DNA of 64,000 bases from Arenicellales bacterium (GCA_965213865.1 OZ243928.1:1791384-1855383); one strand, 5' to 3'. Shown: positions 46,395 through 57,349, numbered from the stretch's first letter. The notes: generated by a model from the letters alone, not told the origin. A program made the numbers and translations.

Positions 46395-48489
46395 CTTCCG
46401 TCTTGCGGCTGTAAATCGATTGCTGCACCCTCAGTCTGTCGCCATTGCCGGCGGCGAGCCTGCAGGCCGCTGCATTGCTCAGCTGCAGCGCCTTGGTTTC
46501 AGCGGCGAGATCTGGCCGGTCAATCCGAACCGCACCGAAATGGCGGGGGTGGAGTGTGTCACCGCACTGGAAGATTTGCCCTCCGCCCCCGATGCCGCTT
46601 TTTTGGCTGTGGGCCGTGAAGCGACGATCGAATCGGTATCCAAGCTGCGGCAAATGGGTGCCGGCGGGGCGGTCTGCTACGCCTCGGGCTTTGCTGAGGA
46701 AGGCTCCAGCGGCCAGGCATTTCAGCGCCAGCTTGATTCTGCAATGGGCTCGATGCCGCTGATTGGCCCCAATTGCTACGGGCTTCTCAACTACATTGAC
46801 GGGGTCGCGCTGTGGCCTGATCAGCAGGGCGGTCAGCGCTGCAGCCGCGGTGTTGCGATCATCAGCCAAAGCGGCAACATTGCATTGAATCTGTCGATGC
46901 AGCGGCGCAGCTTGCCCGTGGCTTACTTGATTTCGACTGGCAATATGAGCGGCATCAAGATGCACGAGTATATCCGCATCTTCGCCGCGCATCCCGAGGT
47001 GACGGCGATCGGTCTATATGCCGAGCGAATTGATGATGCAAGGGCGCTGTCACAAGCTGCGCTGGAGGCGCTGGATAAAAATATCCCGATTGTGGTGCTT
47101 GATTCGGGTCGCTCGCGCATCGGCGCTGATCTGACTCAGAGCCACTCCCACTCAATGTCGGGCGATGCGCGGCTGAATCGCGCGTTCTATGCAAAATATG
47201 GTTTCATCCAGGTGGCCAGCATTCCACAACTGCTTGAGACACTGAAATTTGTCTCGCATCATCGCGGCGCCAGCGACGGGACACTCGCATCGATCAGCTG
47301 CTCTGGCGGGGAAGCGGCTCTGGTCGCCGACTTGGCTGACATGCACGGCTTGACTTTTCCCGCCTGCAACCTCGATCAGCGCTCGCAGCTGCGGCAGGTG
47401 CTGGGCGACAGAGTTCCGCTATCCAACCCGCTGGATTATCACACCTATATCTGGGGTGATCCGGCGGCGCAGAAAAAGTGTTTTGAAGCGGTGTTTTCAG
47501 GTCCGCAGACCACCAATCTAGTGGTGCTGGATTATCCAGAGGAGACACTGTGCGATGGCAGTGAATGGGATCTGGCAGTGCAAGCCGCGGCGCAAGCCGC
47601 TGACAGCGCTGATTCCACGGTTGCCGTCGTATCCAGCCTGCATGAGAATCTGCCAGAGAGTGTGCAGCACAAGATCAAAGGCTATGGAATGGTGCCGATG
47701 CTGGGTTTGGAAGAGTGCATCGGTGCGATTGCAGGAGCATGGAGCTTTACGAAAGCAAAAGAACGCTTGCCAGCTCTAGCGCCTTTGCCGCCTGGGTCAT
47801 CAAGCCTGGCCAGGCAGCCGCTGAGTGAATGTCAAAGCAAGCAAATTCTGCGCCAGGCCGGCATTCAGACTGTTGACGGGATGCTGGCGCGCACGACTGA
47901 TGAATTAGGAAGCATCGCAGACAAGCTTGGTTACCCGCTTGCGGCCAAAGTATCGGACCCAGATATTGTGCACAAGACTGATGTCGGTGGCGTGGTACTC
48001 AGCATACACAATGAGGCCGAACTCATCCGCGCATTTCAGCTGCTGAAGCAAATCAGTGACGAGATTCTCATTGAGAGGATGGCCGCGCCGCCACTGCTTG
48101 AATGTCTTGTTGGACTGAGAAAACATGCGCAGTTTGGATATATACTGATTGTTGGGGCGGGCGGCCGGTGGACTGAGCTTTTGGATGACACAAGTGTTTT
48201 GCTTCTGCCGGTTGACCAGGCAGAGCTTCGAGAGGCCTTGGCGGCGCTGAAAATCGGCCGGCTGCTGGGCGGTTATCGCGGGCCGGCAGCTGACCTTGAG
48301 GCGCTGGTTGAGGCAGTCATGCGTCTGATCAGTTATTGCATTAATGAGGGCAGTGGACTGACTGAGGTTGAAATCAACCCGTTGTTTATATACGCAGAAA
48401 CGGACGGAGTTGTGGCTGTCGATGCGGTTATTCGCGGTGATATCAGCGGTTTATCTCGCAGGCTTTCGAGCCAGGATTCGCAATGCTGA
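46387..48489 (+). CDS. ADP-forming acyl-CoA synthetase (acetate--CoA ligase family)
   Basis: GPNCYG, SQSGN, SCSGGEA, NPLDY, HKTDVGGV and EINPL; start uncertain (46327-46387). Confidence 0.85.
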   Translation: MNSFRLAAVNRLLHPQSVAIAGGEPAGRCIAQLQRLGFSGEIWPVNPNRTEMAGVECVTALEDLPSAPDAAFLAVGREATIESVSKLRQMGAGGAVCYASGFAEEGSSGQAFQRQLDSAMGSMPLIGPNCYGLLNYIDGVALWPDQQGGQRCSRGVAIISQSGNIALNLSMQRRSLPVAYLISTGNMSGIKMHEYIRIFAAHPEVTAIGLYAERIDDARALSQAALEALDKNIPIVVLDSGRSRIGADLTQSHSHSMSGDARLNRAFYAKYGFIQVASIPQLLETLKFVSHHRGASDGTLASISCSGGEAALVADLADMHGLTFPACNLDQRSQLRQVLGDRVPLSNPLDYHTYIWGDPAAQKKCFEAVFSGPQTTNLVVLDYPEETLCDGSEWDLAVQAAAQAADSADSTVAVVSSLHENLPESVQHKIKGYGMVPMLGLEECIGAIAGAWSFTKAKERLPALAPLPPGSSSLARQPLSECQSKQILRQAGIQTVDGMLARTTDELGSIADKLGYPLAAKVSDPDIVHKTDVGGVVLSIHNEAELIRAFQLLKQISDEILIERMAAPPLLECLVGLRKHAQFGYILIVGAGGRWTELLDDTSVLLLPVDQAELREALAALKIGRLLGGYRGPAADLEALVEAVMRLISYCINEGSGLTEVEINPLFIYAETDGVVAVDAVIRGDISGLSRRLSSQDSQC

Positions 48490-48575
48490 TGGCGTGTTAT
48501 TGAAATTTTTATCACCCGAGCGGTTCAGAACAACCGAATCCGCTCGCCAATCATTCATACAGGTGTCTGTTAAAT

Positions 48576-49367
48576 ATGTCCGGCGCTGTCAAAGTAGAAC
48601 ATCGTGATGCGGTCATGGAACTCACCATTGCCCGTCCTAAAGCCAATGCAATTGACGTTGCGACCAGCCAGAGAATGGGCGAAGTCCTGTGTGAATTTCG
48701 AGATGACCCGAATTTGCGTGCGGCCATCATTACTGGTGATGGAGACAAATTTTTTTCCGCCGGCTGGGACCTTAAGGCAGTCGCGGAGGGCGCTGCTGGA
48801 TTTGATGACGATTACGGCCCCGGCGGCTTTGCCGGCATCACTGAGCTGCATGACCTGGATAAGCCGGTTATCTGTGCGGTCAACGGTCTTGCGGTCGGCG
48901 GCGGCTTTGAGATTGCCTTGTCCTGCGACATTATTATTGCGGCGGAGCATGCGGAGTTCTTTTTGCCGGAAATTCAGGTTGGTGTGGTTGCGGATGCTGC
49001 GACTTTTCGATTGCCGCGCAGAATTCCAAGAGCCATCGCAGTGGAGATGCTGCTTACCGGCCGGCGCATGCCGGCGGCTGAGGCGCGAGATTGGGGACTG
49101 GTCAACGCGGTCGTCGCGGCTGACGACTTGATGGCTGAGGCGCGAAAAATGGCGAGCGCCATCGCGCAAGGTGCGCCCTTGGTCGTCGCGGCAGTCAAGG
49201 AAATGCTTCGCAAGACCGAAGACCAATCAATTCCGGCGTGCTATCGCATGCTGCATGACGGTGTTTTCGAGGGCTATCAGCGAATGATGGTCTCAGCGGA
49301 TGCGGCTGAAGGCCCCAAGTCATTCGCTGAGAAACGCGATCCTCAATGGAAGCAAGGCAGCGCCTGA
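48576..49367 (+). CDS. caiD: Enoyl-CoA hydratase / carnitinyl-CoA dehydratase (CaiD-like)
   Basis: RPKANAID, FFSAGWDLKA, YGPGGFAG, AVNGLAVGGGFE and FAEKRDP. Confidence 0.8.
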   Translation: MSGAVKVEHRDAVMELTIARPKANAIDVATSQRMGEVLCEFRDDPNLRAAIITGDGDKFFSAGWDLKAVAEGAAGFDDDYGPGGFAGITELHDLDKPVICAVNGLAVGGGFEIALSCDIIIAAEHAEFFLPEIQVGVVADAATFRLPRRIPRAIAVEMLLTGRRMPAAEARDWGLVNAVVAADDLMAEARKMASAIAQGAPLVVAAVKEMLRKTEDQSIPACYRMLHDGVFEGYQRMMVSADAAEGPKSFAEKRDPQWKQGSA

Positions 49368-49792
49368 ATCTTGGTCGGCAACCGCCGGGTACTTAAGCTG
49401 GTATCGAATCCTTATAGACTGACACCTGCAAGAGTTGCATTGCCGGCATGCGGCTCCAAGCCCGTCTAGTGGCGAGGATTGTAGTTGGCAATGATGGTCC
49501 AGCCGTGCCCCGTCATACGCCAGGGCCGTCCCGCATCGGCGGTCAGCGATGGGATTTGGATGTCCAGCATCCGGAGGCTGATGTCGTCCTGGAAGGTGCA
49601 AACCGAGAAACTGGCTTTCATTCAGTCGCTTGCGGCGACCGGACGCTGCAATGGCGGGAACCAGAGGCCAAGCTCTCTGAGGCGGGTCGAATCGCGATTG
49701 GCAAATTGAAAAAAGACGAATCCAGTTCTCTTGAGAGAGCAACTTCTGCAGACCTTGAAGCAATGAGACGGATATCCAAAGTTTGATACGCA

Positions 49793-51007
49793 CTAAGACT
49801 GAAACCACTCCTGAAATTCTGTTCGGAATAATCTCCTTCGCTTTTCGCTATCCTTGGTTTTGGGCTGCCAGTCAGGATGCATGCGGAAAGAGGCGATATG
49901 TGCGTCCCAGCCACTTCGTGACCCGATGAATATTTTTTGACAACCGGGAATTGGACAGCGATATGCGCGTCCCAAAGATGGAGTTGAAAGCCCATCATTC
50001 GGATGGCCTGCATCATGAATGGATGATGATATTGGCGAACGTTTATTTTGAGACAGTGTCGTCAGACTTTGAGCCTTTAGGGCAGGGTCGAAAGCTCCAG
50101 TCAAGAGCATTGATCCTTCCGCAATGCCATCAATCCAGTCCTGGCTGGCTAGAGGCCTTCGTTCAATCACGCATCGCATGACAGCGGCCGCTGTCAGGTG
50201 CGCATCAAAGTCATCCTCGCTTTTTATCAATGGATCGAGATCGCCAAGATCAATCTGGTTTCTTTTAACCCAATTGTTTTTTTTAAGGCATTCGCAGGCT
50301 TCCTCACGCTGCTGCTGATTGGTTTTGCTTATTCTCAGCCTGCCTTCAGGAAGTTTGTCTGCCAGCGCAGCGGCATAGGCAATGCTCGGGTAAATTTCAC
50401 ATAGTACGATAGCGTCTTGGTAAAAAAGGTTTGACAGGTCGTGTTCGAATGGAAAGATGGTAAATTCTCGGCCGCAGCGGTTCAGAAATGGAATCAATTC
50501 ATGCCAGAAGCTTCTGGTTGCGGCACCTACGACACCTGGAATTCCACTGACAGCAAAAACAGGCTTTGCTCCGGTTTCTTGGTCAATTCGACGAAGGAAC
50601 CCATCGTTCACTTTTTCTTTGAATGAAGTGAGCCCTCCTTTGCCTTTTGGCACATCAAACCAAGGTTCGTCGACCTTCCACTTGCTTGAGTTATTGATTG
50701 TTTTTGAAAAGAAAGTGCTATCTGGTTCAATATTACGCAGCCAATGGATAAAATTCTCCGGTTGGTTCTGTCCACTTTTTTCAAGAATCATTTGCCAGTA
50801 TCCATTTGAAACACCAATCACTATGTCGACTCCAATCAGCACATTACCGCTTTGCCGAAGAGAATTCGCTAGCTTTAATAATGCTTCAAGGTTCCAAAAT
50901 CCCGTTTTCGAAGGTTTGAAAATCAAGCGTTTATCTATATCTGTGACATAAACTGATCGTTTTTCTGGGTTTTTGCTCCAATCTGCAGATATGAAATATG
51001 CGAACAT
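49793..51007 (-). CDS. DUF429-like (RNase H-fold) putative nuclease with C-terminal Cys/His module
   Basis: ISADWS, IGVDIVIG, RRID, CEIYP, DDFDA and CPIPGC...H...H; AT-rich; ORF extends to 51100. Confidence 0.65.
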   Translation of the reverse strand: MFAYFISADWSKNPEKRSVYVTDIDKRLIFKPSKTGFWNLEALLKLANSLRQSGNVLIGVDIVIGVSNGYWQMILEKSGQNQPENFIHWLRNIEPDSTFFSKTINNSSKWKVDEPWFDVPKGKGGLTSFKEKVNDGFLRRIDQETGAKPVFAVSGIPGVVGAATRSFWHELIPFLNRCGREFTIFPFEHDLSNLFYQDAIVLCEIYPSIAYAAALADKLPEGRLRISKTNQQQREEACECLKKNNWVKRNQIDLGDLDPLIKSEDDFDAHLTAAAVMRCVIERRPLASQDWIDGIAEGSMLLTGAFDPALKAQSLTTLSQNKRSPISSSIHDAGHPNDGLSTPSLGRAYRCPIPGCQKIFIGSRSGWDAHIASFRMHPDWQPKTKDSEKRRRLFRTEFQEWFQS

Positions 51008-51083
51008 AAGTAAAAACCTCTGTAAATGTGATGGTTTCAGTGGTTGGAGCGCAGAAAGCCAATTGCTGAATGGACGAAAAAAC

Positions 51084-51562
51084 TTAGCCGTTGCTGTCAT
51101 TTACACGAATAACCTTCATAGCCTCATCGCCTAAGTGATTAATTGCCTTGATCGCAATGCGCCCCGTCTGCGGTCTTGCGAATGGCCGCGAAATATCCGA
51201 GCGCAAACTTTCCCAAGCATCTTGGTTTATCTGAGTTTTCAGTGTTGTTTTGAGACTCTTATATGGATCTCCGGTGCCAATGATAATATGCATGCCGGAC
51301 AAAAAAGCTTTCCATATCGTAATTTGTATCGATAAACCAGCAGGCGAGTTCTTCAGGTTCAGATGATCGCACCTCGCCTGAATTTGGATCAAAAATGTCA
51401 ATCCCACAAATCCTCACTTGAATTTGAGTTTTTGAAGTGTCAATAAGCTCTATGTCTGGCTCTCCAAAAACAACAAACAGGTTGGCACTCTTGGTTTTTT
51501 TTTCAAATCAGTGGACATTTGAAGATCTGCATTCATCCGCGCTTTCAGAATAGGTAATTTCC
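51084..51562 (-). pseudogene. C-terminal remnant of a type III-like adenine DNA methyltransferase (Mod)
   Basis: ILKARMNADL, NLFVVFGEPD (after a frameshift at A9) and LKTTLK..I..DAWESL.SDISRPF....GRIAIKAINHLGDE; 5' part missing at the IS boundary. Confidence 0.75.
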
Positions 51563-52420
51563 CTAGGGCTTGTTAACACAATTTGATCTGGACATGATGC
51601 GATTGTCCCCCGTGATTGCCGTCTGGAACTGAGCGGAGGAGCCGGCAATGGAACTTGCACGGGTACAGTACGAGCGCATTGCCCCGCTGCTGCCGAGGCA
51701 GCGGGGCAATGTCAGCCTCTCGAGCCTGCAGGCGCTGAGCGCCATTCTCTGCGCGGCCGAGCACGGCTGCCAGCGGCGCGGCCTGCCGGCGCGGTTCGGC
51801 AGCGGACACACCCTCTGCACGCGCATGAGCCGGCGGCCGGGGAACGGGGGCCTGGACCGCGCGCTCGAGCGCCTGCAGCGGGAGCGGATGATCCGCATCC
51901 GGGTCGAGGTCCTGAGCCTCGGCAGCGCCCGCATCAAGGCGCATCCCGACGGCACGGGGGCGCTGAGAAAAACGGCGCCCAGTGCATCGGCAAGTCCCGG
52001 GGCGGGTGGAACACCAAGCTTCATCTGGCTGCCGCGGATGACCGGAGCGCCGCGGCCTTCGCGCGCTCTCCCGGCAGCGCGCACGATGCCCCGGAGGGGC
52101 GGCGGCGCCTGAAGCGGCTGGCGAGACCGCCGAGCCGCCCGGCGCTCGTCATGGATCGGGCCTGTGAGGACGATGAGACCCGCCGGCTGGCATCCGACCT
52201 CGGCCTCACGCCCGTGGCGCCGCCGAAGAGCAGCCGCATCGCTCCCTGGGAATACGGCCGGAAAATGGACCGGCGGCGCCACGGGGCGGAACGCCTGTTC
52301 CGGCGGCTCAAGGGCTTGCGCAGGGTGTTCTCGCGCTTCGACAAGCTTGATGTCATGCACCTCGGATTCGTCGTCTTCGCGCTGGTCATCGATGCACTGC
52401 GCAGTGTTAACACGCCCTAG
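51563..52420 (+). mobile_element. IS5-family (IS427-like) insertion sequence, about 850 bp
   Basis: Ends CTAGGGCTTGTTAACAC and GTGTTAACACGCCCTAG (16/17 inverted match including CTAG); high GC; two-frame transposase. Confidence 0.9.
51648..52420 (+). CDS. IS5-family transposase in two frames, probably degenerate
   Basis: ORF A: YERIAPLLPRQRG, IKAHPDGTGA. ORF B: IGKSRGGWNTKLH, MDRACED, ERLFRRLKG.RRVFSRFDKLD. Frame change near the A5 run around 51968; several conserved residues are altered. Confidence 0.8.
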
Positions 52421-54014
52421 AAAAAATCAATATCGCGCCCAAAATCTGGTGCGCGCTGGATTTCGATGCCTTCAAGCGGCGCCATCTCTAGCATGGACTT
52501 AAAATCAGATGGCCAATCGCCGACGATCGGCGCAATGCAATAATGCAGATCACGTTCCATTGTATTGATATCGATTAATTCCAGAAATGCCCAGCGGCCA
52601 AAAACGCCTGCTTGATTGACGCTGGGAATCCACTTGTCACGCATGACTTCCGCCTTCAGTCTGGAATTGCCGGTCTGCTCTCCTTTTACCTCAATTACCA
52701 AATTGCACTTGATCTCATCATCTTTGCAGACAGCGGCGATGAAGTCCGGCCGGTAATAGCGCGACTTTCCCGCTTCAATATACGGAATTTGAAAACCCAA
52801 TTGGTGATTCTTGACGTATCGATGCACCCTCGGATGCGACTCCAGCAACTGACAGAGGTATCGCTCCCAGTTGCTGTCACAAACAGCGTAGTTTGACATG
52901 ACATTGACTGCTGTCTGTTCGCCACAGGTTGGTTTCACTGGTATAGAAGTCGACCTCATCAGTACTTCCAGCCGGATTGTAGGGATCTAGTATGGGGCGG
53001 ATGCTTGGATTGCCGTCAATGCTGTAAATTGAATTGGCGATCTTGGCGCAAGCCTCATCTGCAATCGTCTGGTAAAGCACCTGGGACAGGTGGGCTCCAT
53101 CCTCGCAAACCAAGCATCCGCTTTGAAGCCATTGCTTTGTAATCCGCAAAAGATCGTCAAAAAGGTGCAATTTCGGGATATTCTGATCATCTTTGAAGTG
53201 TTTTTTGAGCAGCCATTTTGCCAGATGAAATGCAATAGATGATTCTCGCGTAGATTGAAGAATATGGGGTGTCAATGCAACGTTTTCACCTAAGATTCCC
53301 TGATTCTGAGTCATTGTTGGCCCCGTTTTATCGGGTGTCAGTCGCAGCATGGCGCTCTCGCCAAAATCTGCCTTGAGTGCCTCGTCGCCAAAATCGTGGC
53401 AGAAGCCTTGGACTCGCGGGAATTCAATCCGTAAATGATCTCGGTCCGGACGCACCGCATGCACGTGAACCGGCACCTTGGGCACTGCCGGCGGAATGAC
53501 GGCAGGCTCAGCTGCGAAGTCAAAGGGAATGCCGAACAAATCCGCGTACTCAACTCCGAGCTTGCCGTTTCCGTCAAGGGCGTATGATTGGCGCCGAAGC
53601 GCGCATCCCACCACCTGTTCGCAAAGCAACTGCGGGCCAAAAGCACGAACACCTAAAATATGCGTTACAGTATTGGCGTCCCAGCCCTCAGAAAGCATCG
53701 CTACCGACACAACACAGCGAATGCTTGCGCTCCTCCAACGGCAGACTGCGCCAGGCGTCTACCTGGCATCGAATCCTATTGATAACCTTAAAAGTGCTGT
53801 ACTCTTCTGTACCTTTTGAGAAAATAGTCTTGATCACTTCATCTTGATTGCTATTGCCGGCTGGCTGCGCTAATGGGACCGCAGTGACGGATTCGGATTC
53901 ACGACGAGACGGTGCGATATTGCCGGTAGGGCGCCGGTCCGCATCAAGTTCCCAGTGCTGTCTCGGCGCCTCATAAGGCGAATTTAAAATCGGTGCAGTG
54001 AAGAATTTGGTCAT
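52417..54014 (-). pseudogene. Type III restriction enzyme Res subunit, internally deleted and frameshifted
   Basis: N-terminal PILNSPYEAPRQHW joined out of frame to IRCVVSVAMLSEGWDANTVTHILGVRAF; C-terminal YVKNH...YRPDF...EVKG in a third frame; no Walker A or DEAH core. Confidence 0.85.
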
Positions 54015-54261
54015 GCAGAAGAAAAGACAGATGCAACTTGGTCAACCTCTATCATTTTACATGCGTCGCGTCGCGAGAAAAATAACGAAACTGAAACATC
54101 CGAGATGTGATTGATCTGTCCGAATTCGGATTGCCGGTGAACGAAAGCGTCAACTTGTATATTATTGGAGTCTCGGCCGAGCGCCATGAGTCTGTGGTAT
54201 TGCACTTAGGCTGAGTTCACAAGACACAGCCTCTGAATTTCCAAGCAGCGAGGAATTTAGG

Positions 54262-55209
54262 ATGAACAATGTCAAATCAGTGGATGCCAAGCCGGCTGCC
54301 AAGTCGGTTCGCGCAAAAAACACAGCCACTGCGCCGAGCAGACTGAATGTCCAAAACGATAAAGCTCCGACTGCCGGCGCCGATGCCGGTCCGATCGTAT
54401 ACCCCTATCAGACCAAGCTGACGCGCAAGGAATATGAATCCCGCAAAGCAGCGTTGCAAGTTGAGCTGGTCAAAGCGCAAAATTGGGTGAAACAGACAGA
54501 ACAGAAAGTAGTCATTATCTTTGAGGGCCGCGATGCGGCCGGCAAGGGCGGAACCATCAAGCGGTTTATGGAACACCTCAATCCGCGTGTTGCACGCGTT
54601 GTGGCGCTTCCAAAGCCGGGCGAGAAGGAGCGTGGCCAGTGGTTTTTTCAGCGCTACATTGAGCAGATGCCGACGGCTGGCGAGCTGGTACTGTTTGACC
54701 GGTCTTGGTACAACCGTGCCGGTGTCGAAAAAGTCATGGGGTTTTGCACACGTATGGAATACTTGGAATTCATGCGGCAGACACCAGCGCTGGAGCGCAT
54801 GCTGGTCGACAGCGGAATTTTGCTGTTCAAGTACTGGTTTTCGGTCAGTCGCGCCGAGCAGCATCGGCGTTTTCAGGCCCGCGCTTCGAGCCCGCTCAAG
54901 CGCTGGAAACTCAGTCCGATTGATCAGGAATCTCTAAATCTTTGGGAAGAATATACTGAGGCGAAAGAAACGATGTTCTTTTACACAGATACGCGCGACG
55001 CGCCGTGGACTGTTGTTCGTTCCGATGACAAGAAAAGAGCGCGTATCAATTGCATGCGGCACTTTCTGCATGGCATCGATTATCCGGACAAAGATCCTAA
55101 AGTTGCGGTCCCAGGCGACCCGCAGATTATTGGTCAGGCACGGGACATTTTCGCCACGCAAAGCGGCAGGGATTCACTCGATACCGACGACAGACTTCAC
55201 CGAGAATAA
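54262..55209 (+). CDS. ppk2: Polyphosphate kinase 2
   Basis: FEGRDAAGKGG, FDRSWYNRAGVEKVMGFC, KRWKLSPID and DDKKRAR. Confidence 0.95.
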   Translation: MNNVKSVDAKPAAKSVRAKNTATAPSRLNVQNDKAPTAGADAGPIVYPYQTKLTRKEYESRKAALQVELVKAQNWVKQTEQKVVIIFEGRDAAGKGGTIKRFMEHLNPRVARVVALPKPGEKERGQWFFQRYIEQMPTAGELVLFDRSWYNRAGVEKVMGFCTRMEYLEFMRQTPALERMLVDSGILLFKYWFSVSRAEQHRRFQARASSPLKRWKLSPIDQESLNLWEEYTEAKETMFFYTDTRDAPWTVVRSDDKKRARINCMRHFLHGIDYPDKDPKVAVPGDPQIIGQARDIFATQSGRDSLDTDDRLHRE

Positions 55210-55873
55210 TCGAATTGCTTTAGAGGCGTTTGCTTGTAAAGCGACTCATATCTCTCGAAAGGGGGTATGCAGGCAGCCCAGCTCAGACCGCTTGTCGTTT
55301 ACTGCCGCCAGTTGCAGGCAGTGCCATTGCGTGATTGCTGGAAGTGACGGGTCTGTCAATTGCATCTCCGATGCGTGTCATTGCCGGTGCAGCTCGAAAG
55401 CTGATGCATGATACAAACATCTCTTCTGCATCAGGCAGACTGCCCGGCTTATAGCTGCTTTATGAATGGAGTCGGCGGTGATTTTTGCCGCACGGTTGGC
55501 ATCTTCTTCGTTGAATGGCCCGAATGCGGCAACTTCGAGCAAATTTTCCTTGATATAGGGTGTGCCGGCACCATTCTCCTCTTGTGAATAAGTGTCAATA
55601 CGGCTGGTTTCTTCATGTCCAGAGCCAGCTTCAAACGCCATGGTGAATGGGTGCACTGCGCTTCGGGGCGGGTTCAATGGATGGGCTCAAACACTTTAGC
55701 CTCGCCAATGATCATCGAGGCCGAGGCAGAGCTGCAGGCAATTCCGTCAAGTTTTACACCCGGCAGAGTGATCCGGGCGGATTCCGGCCGCTGCCGTCGA
55801 TACCACCCGGGCAAAAGTGGATGAGCACAGGCGCCTGAAAGCGCTGATCGGCGAATTGACCGAGATCAGCGAA

Positions 55874-55909
55874 ACCCTGTGCGGCCTGCAGCTGCAGGCC
55901 GCACAGGGT
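55874..55909. repeat. Perfect 36-bp palindrome with no spacer
   Basis: ACCCTGTGCGGCCTGCAG|CTGCAGGCCGCACAGGGT. Confidence 0.95.
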
Positions 55910-56443
55910 AAAAAACGGCGCACCCGCCGCGCCGACTGTCACTGCGTGCTGTGCTGCAGCGGGGTTTATCCCAAGGACCGCGCCCTGGAACTGGACTCGA
56001 CGCGGCAGTCGTCAAATATCATCGCAGTGCGGGGCGGATGAGTTTTAGCCAGTCCTCGATGCGGCCGCACGAGCTGGCCGCGTCACAGGCCTAGGGGATT
56101 CAGGGCCAGCCGCCCGCCGGCAGCGCTAGGACCCGGGAGATGAAAGTCGTGGCCCCCGGGCCGTGCACGAATCAGTTCGACGCACCGGGCCAGCTGAAAA
56201 GCGACACCGGCTCGGCCGCCTGTCCGGGACCGCGACCGGCCCAATAAAATCGCCGCGCTTCGCACGTGCATGCTCAGCAATCGGTCGTGTCCCAGCCTGA
56301 GATTCTCAACAATTTCAGCCATGCGGCAGAAAATAGTGTATAATCGGCAGAACAATCGTGTCCCTGCTTGAGAATCCAGTGTCTCCCTTGAGGCCTGGCC
56401 CTCGCTGCGGCGGCACCCTGTCCACTGTCCTGAGGATGACGCT

Positions 56444-57063
56444 ATGAGCCGCATCATAAAAAACGCTTCACCCCCCCCCTCGCTAGGCTGACGGCCCTCG
56501 CGGCCGCGATGGCGCTCTTCTGGCTGCTTGCAGGAGCGGCGCAGGCGCAGACGCCGCCTGACTGCAGCAACAGCATCTGCACCGCCCGGGTTGCAGGCGT
56601 CTACGGCAGCAGGGTCGTGGACGGCTGCGGCGACCACGCCACGCCGGGCCGCTTCAAGGTGATCCTCTCGAGCACCAACCCCAATGTGGAACGGTCGAGC
56701 TTCAAGACCGGCATCTCTCTGAATGTGGAAAAAGATGAATCGCACGGGAGCGCCAACATGTTCCGCAACTTCGAGTACCGCGGCGGGTCTAGAACCGGCT
56801 GGATTGATGTGACGCCAGGAAATTTCGGACAAATGTCATTTTATGGCGGTGATCTTGGCGAGAACATCGTGGAGGTGCGCCCCAAGGCCGGGGCCCGCAT
56901 CTGGAGCGACACGGGCGAGCTGGTGATTCCGGTCATCAAGGTGCAGCGCAGCACCGGCAACCGGAACTACGCGCACACAGGCGAGACCTACTTCCTGTTC
57001 ATGGGCGGCAAGGGCTGCGCGCGGGTCGGACCCGGGGGCGGATTGCTCGGCGGCAACCAGTGA
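56444..57063 (+). CDS. Secreted 4-Cys protein C, out of frame at a C9 tract in the signal peptide
   Basis: RBS GAGGA, ATG 56444 reads MSRIIKNASPPPSLG*. Adding one C to 56471-56479 gives MSRIIKNASPPPLARLTALAAAMALFWLLAGAAQA|QTPPDC..., joining ORF 56509-57063. Confidence 0.75.
56467..56481 (+). repeat. TTCA-C9-TC homopolymer motif, copy 3
   Basis: ttcaccccccccctc. Confidence 0.95.
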
Positions 57064-57349
57064 GACAGCGGGCCGACAGGCCCGCCCCGCTGGTTTCAGA
57101 AGCTGTCTGATCGCCCGGCTTCCGGCGGCCGTGCCGATCCGCCCGGCCGCCATGGGCGGGCTCCGGCTGTTCCCGGCCGGTGCGGGGCCGCGATGCGAGG
57201 GCTTCTGGCGCCTGGCATCCATTGCGCCCGGAACGGCTCATGTGAGCAAGCACGGAGACAAAGGATTTTCCAATGGCTGCTCAATCTGTTGTCATTCTGA
57301 ACATGCGGAGGCTTCTCGCCAGGCGGTGTTTTCAGGCTGAGCTTTATGG

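Noticed and set aside
49448-49786. Possible PemK/MazF remnant
   Set aside because: Only vague similarity (GRPA.., IGKLK) across different frames; too weak to call.
51563-52360. 265-aa minus-strand ORF and other long antisense ORFs (e.g. 6909-7778, 46159-46992, 56083-56832, 62116-62805)
   Set aside because: Shadows of real genes on the opposite strand in GC-rich DNA; no recognisable motifs.
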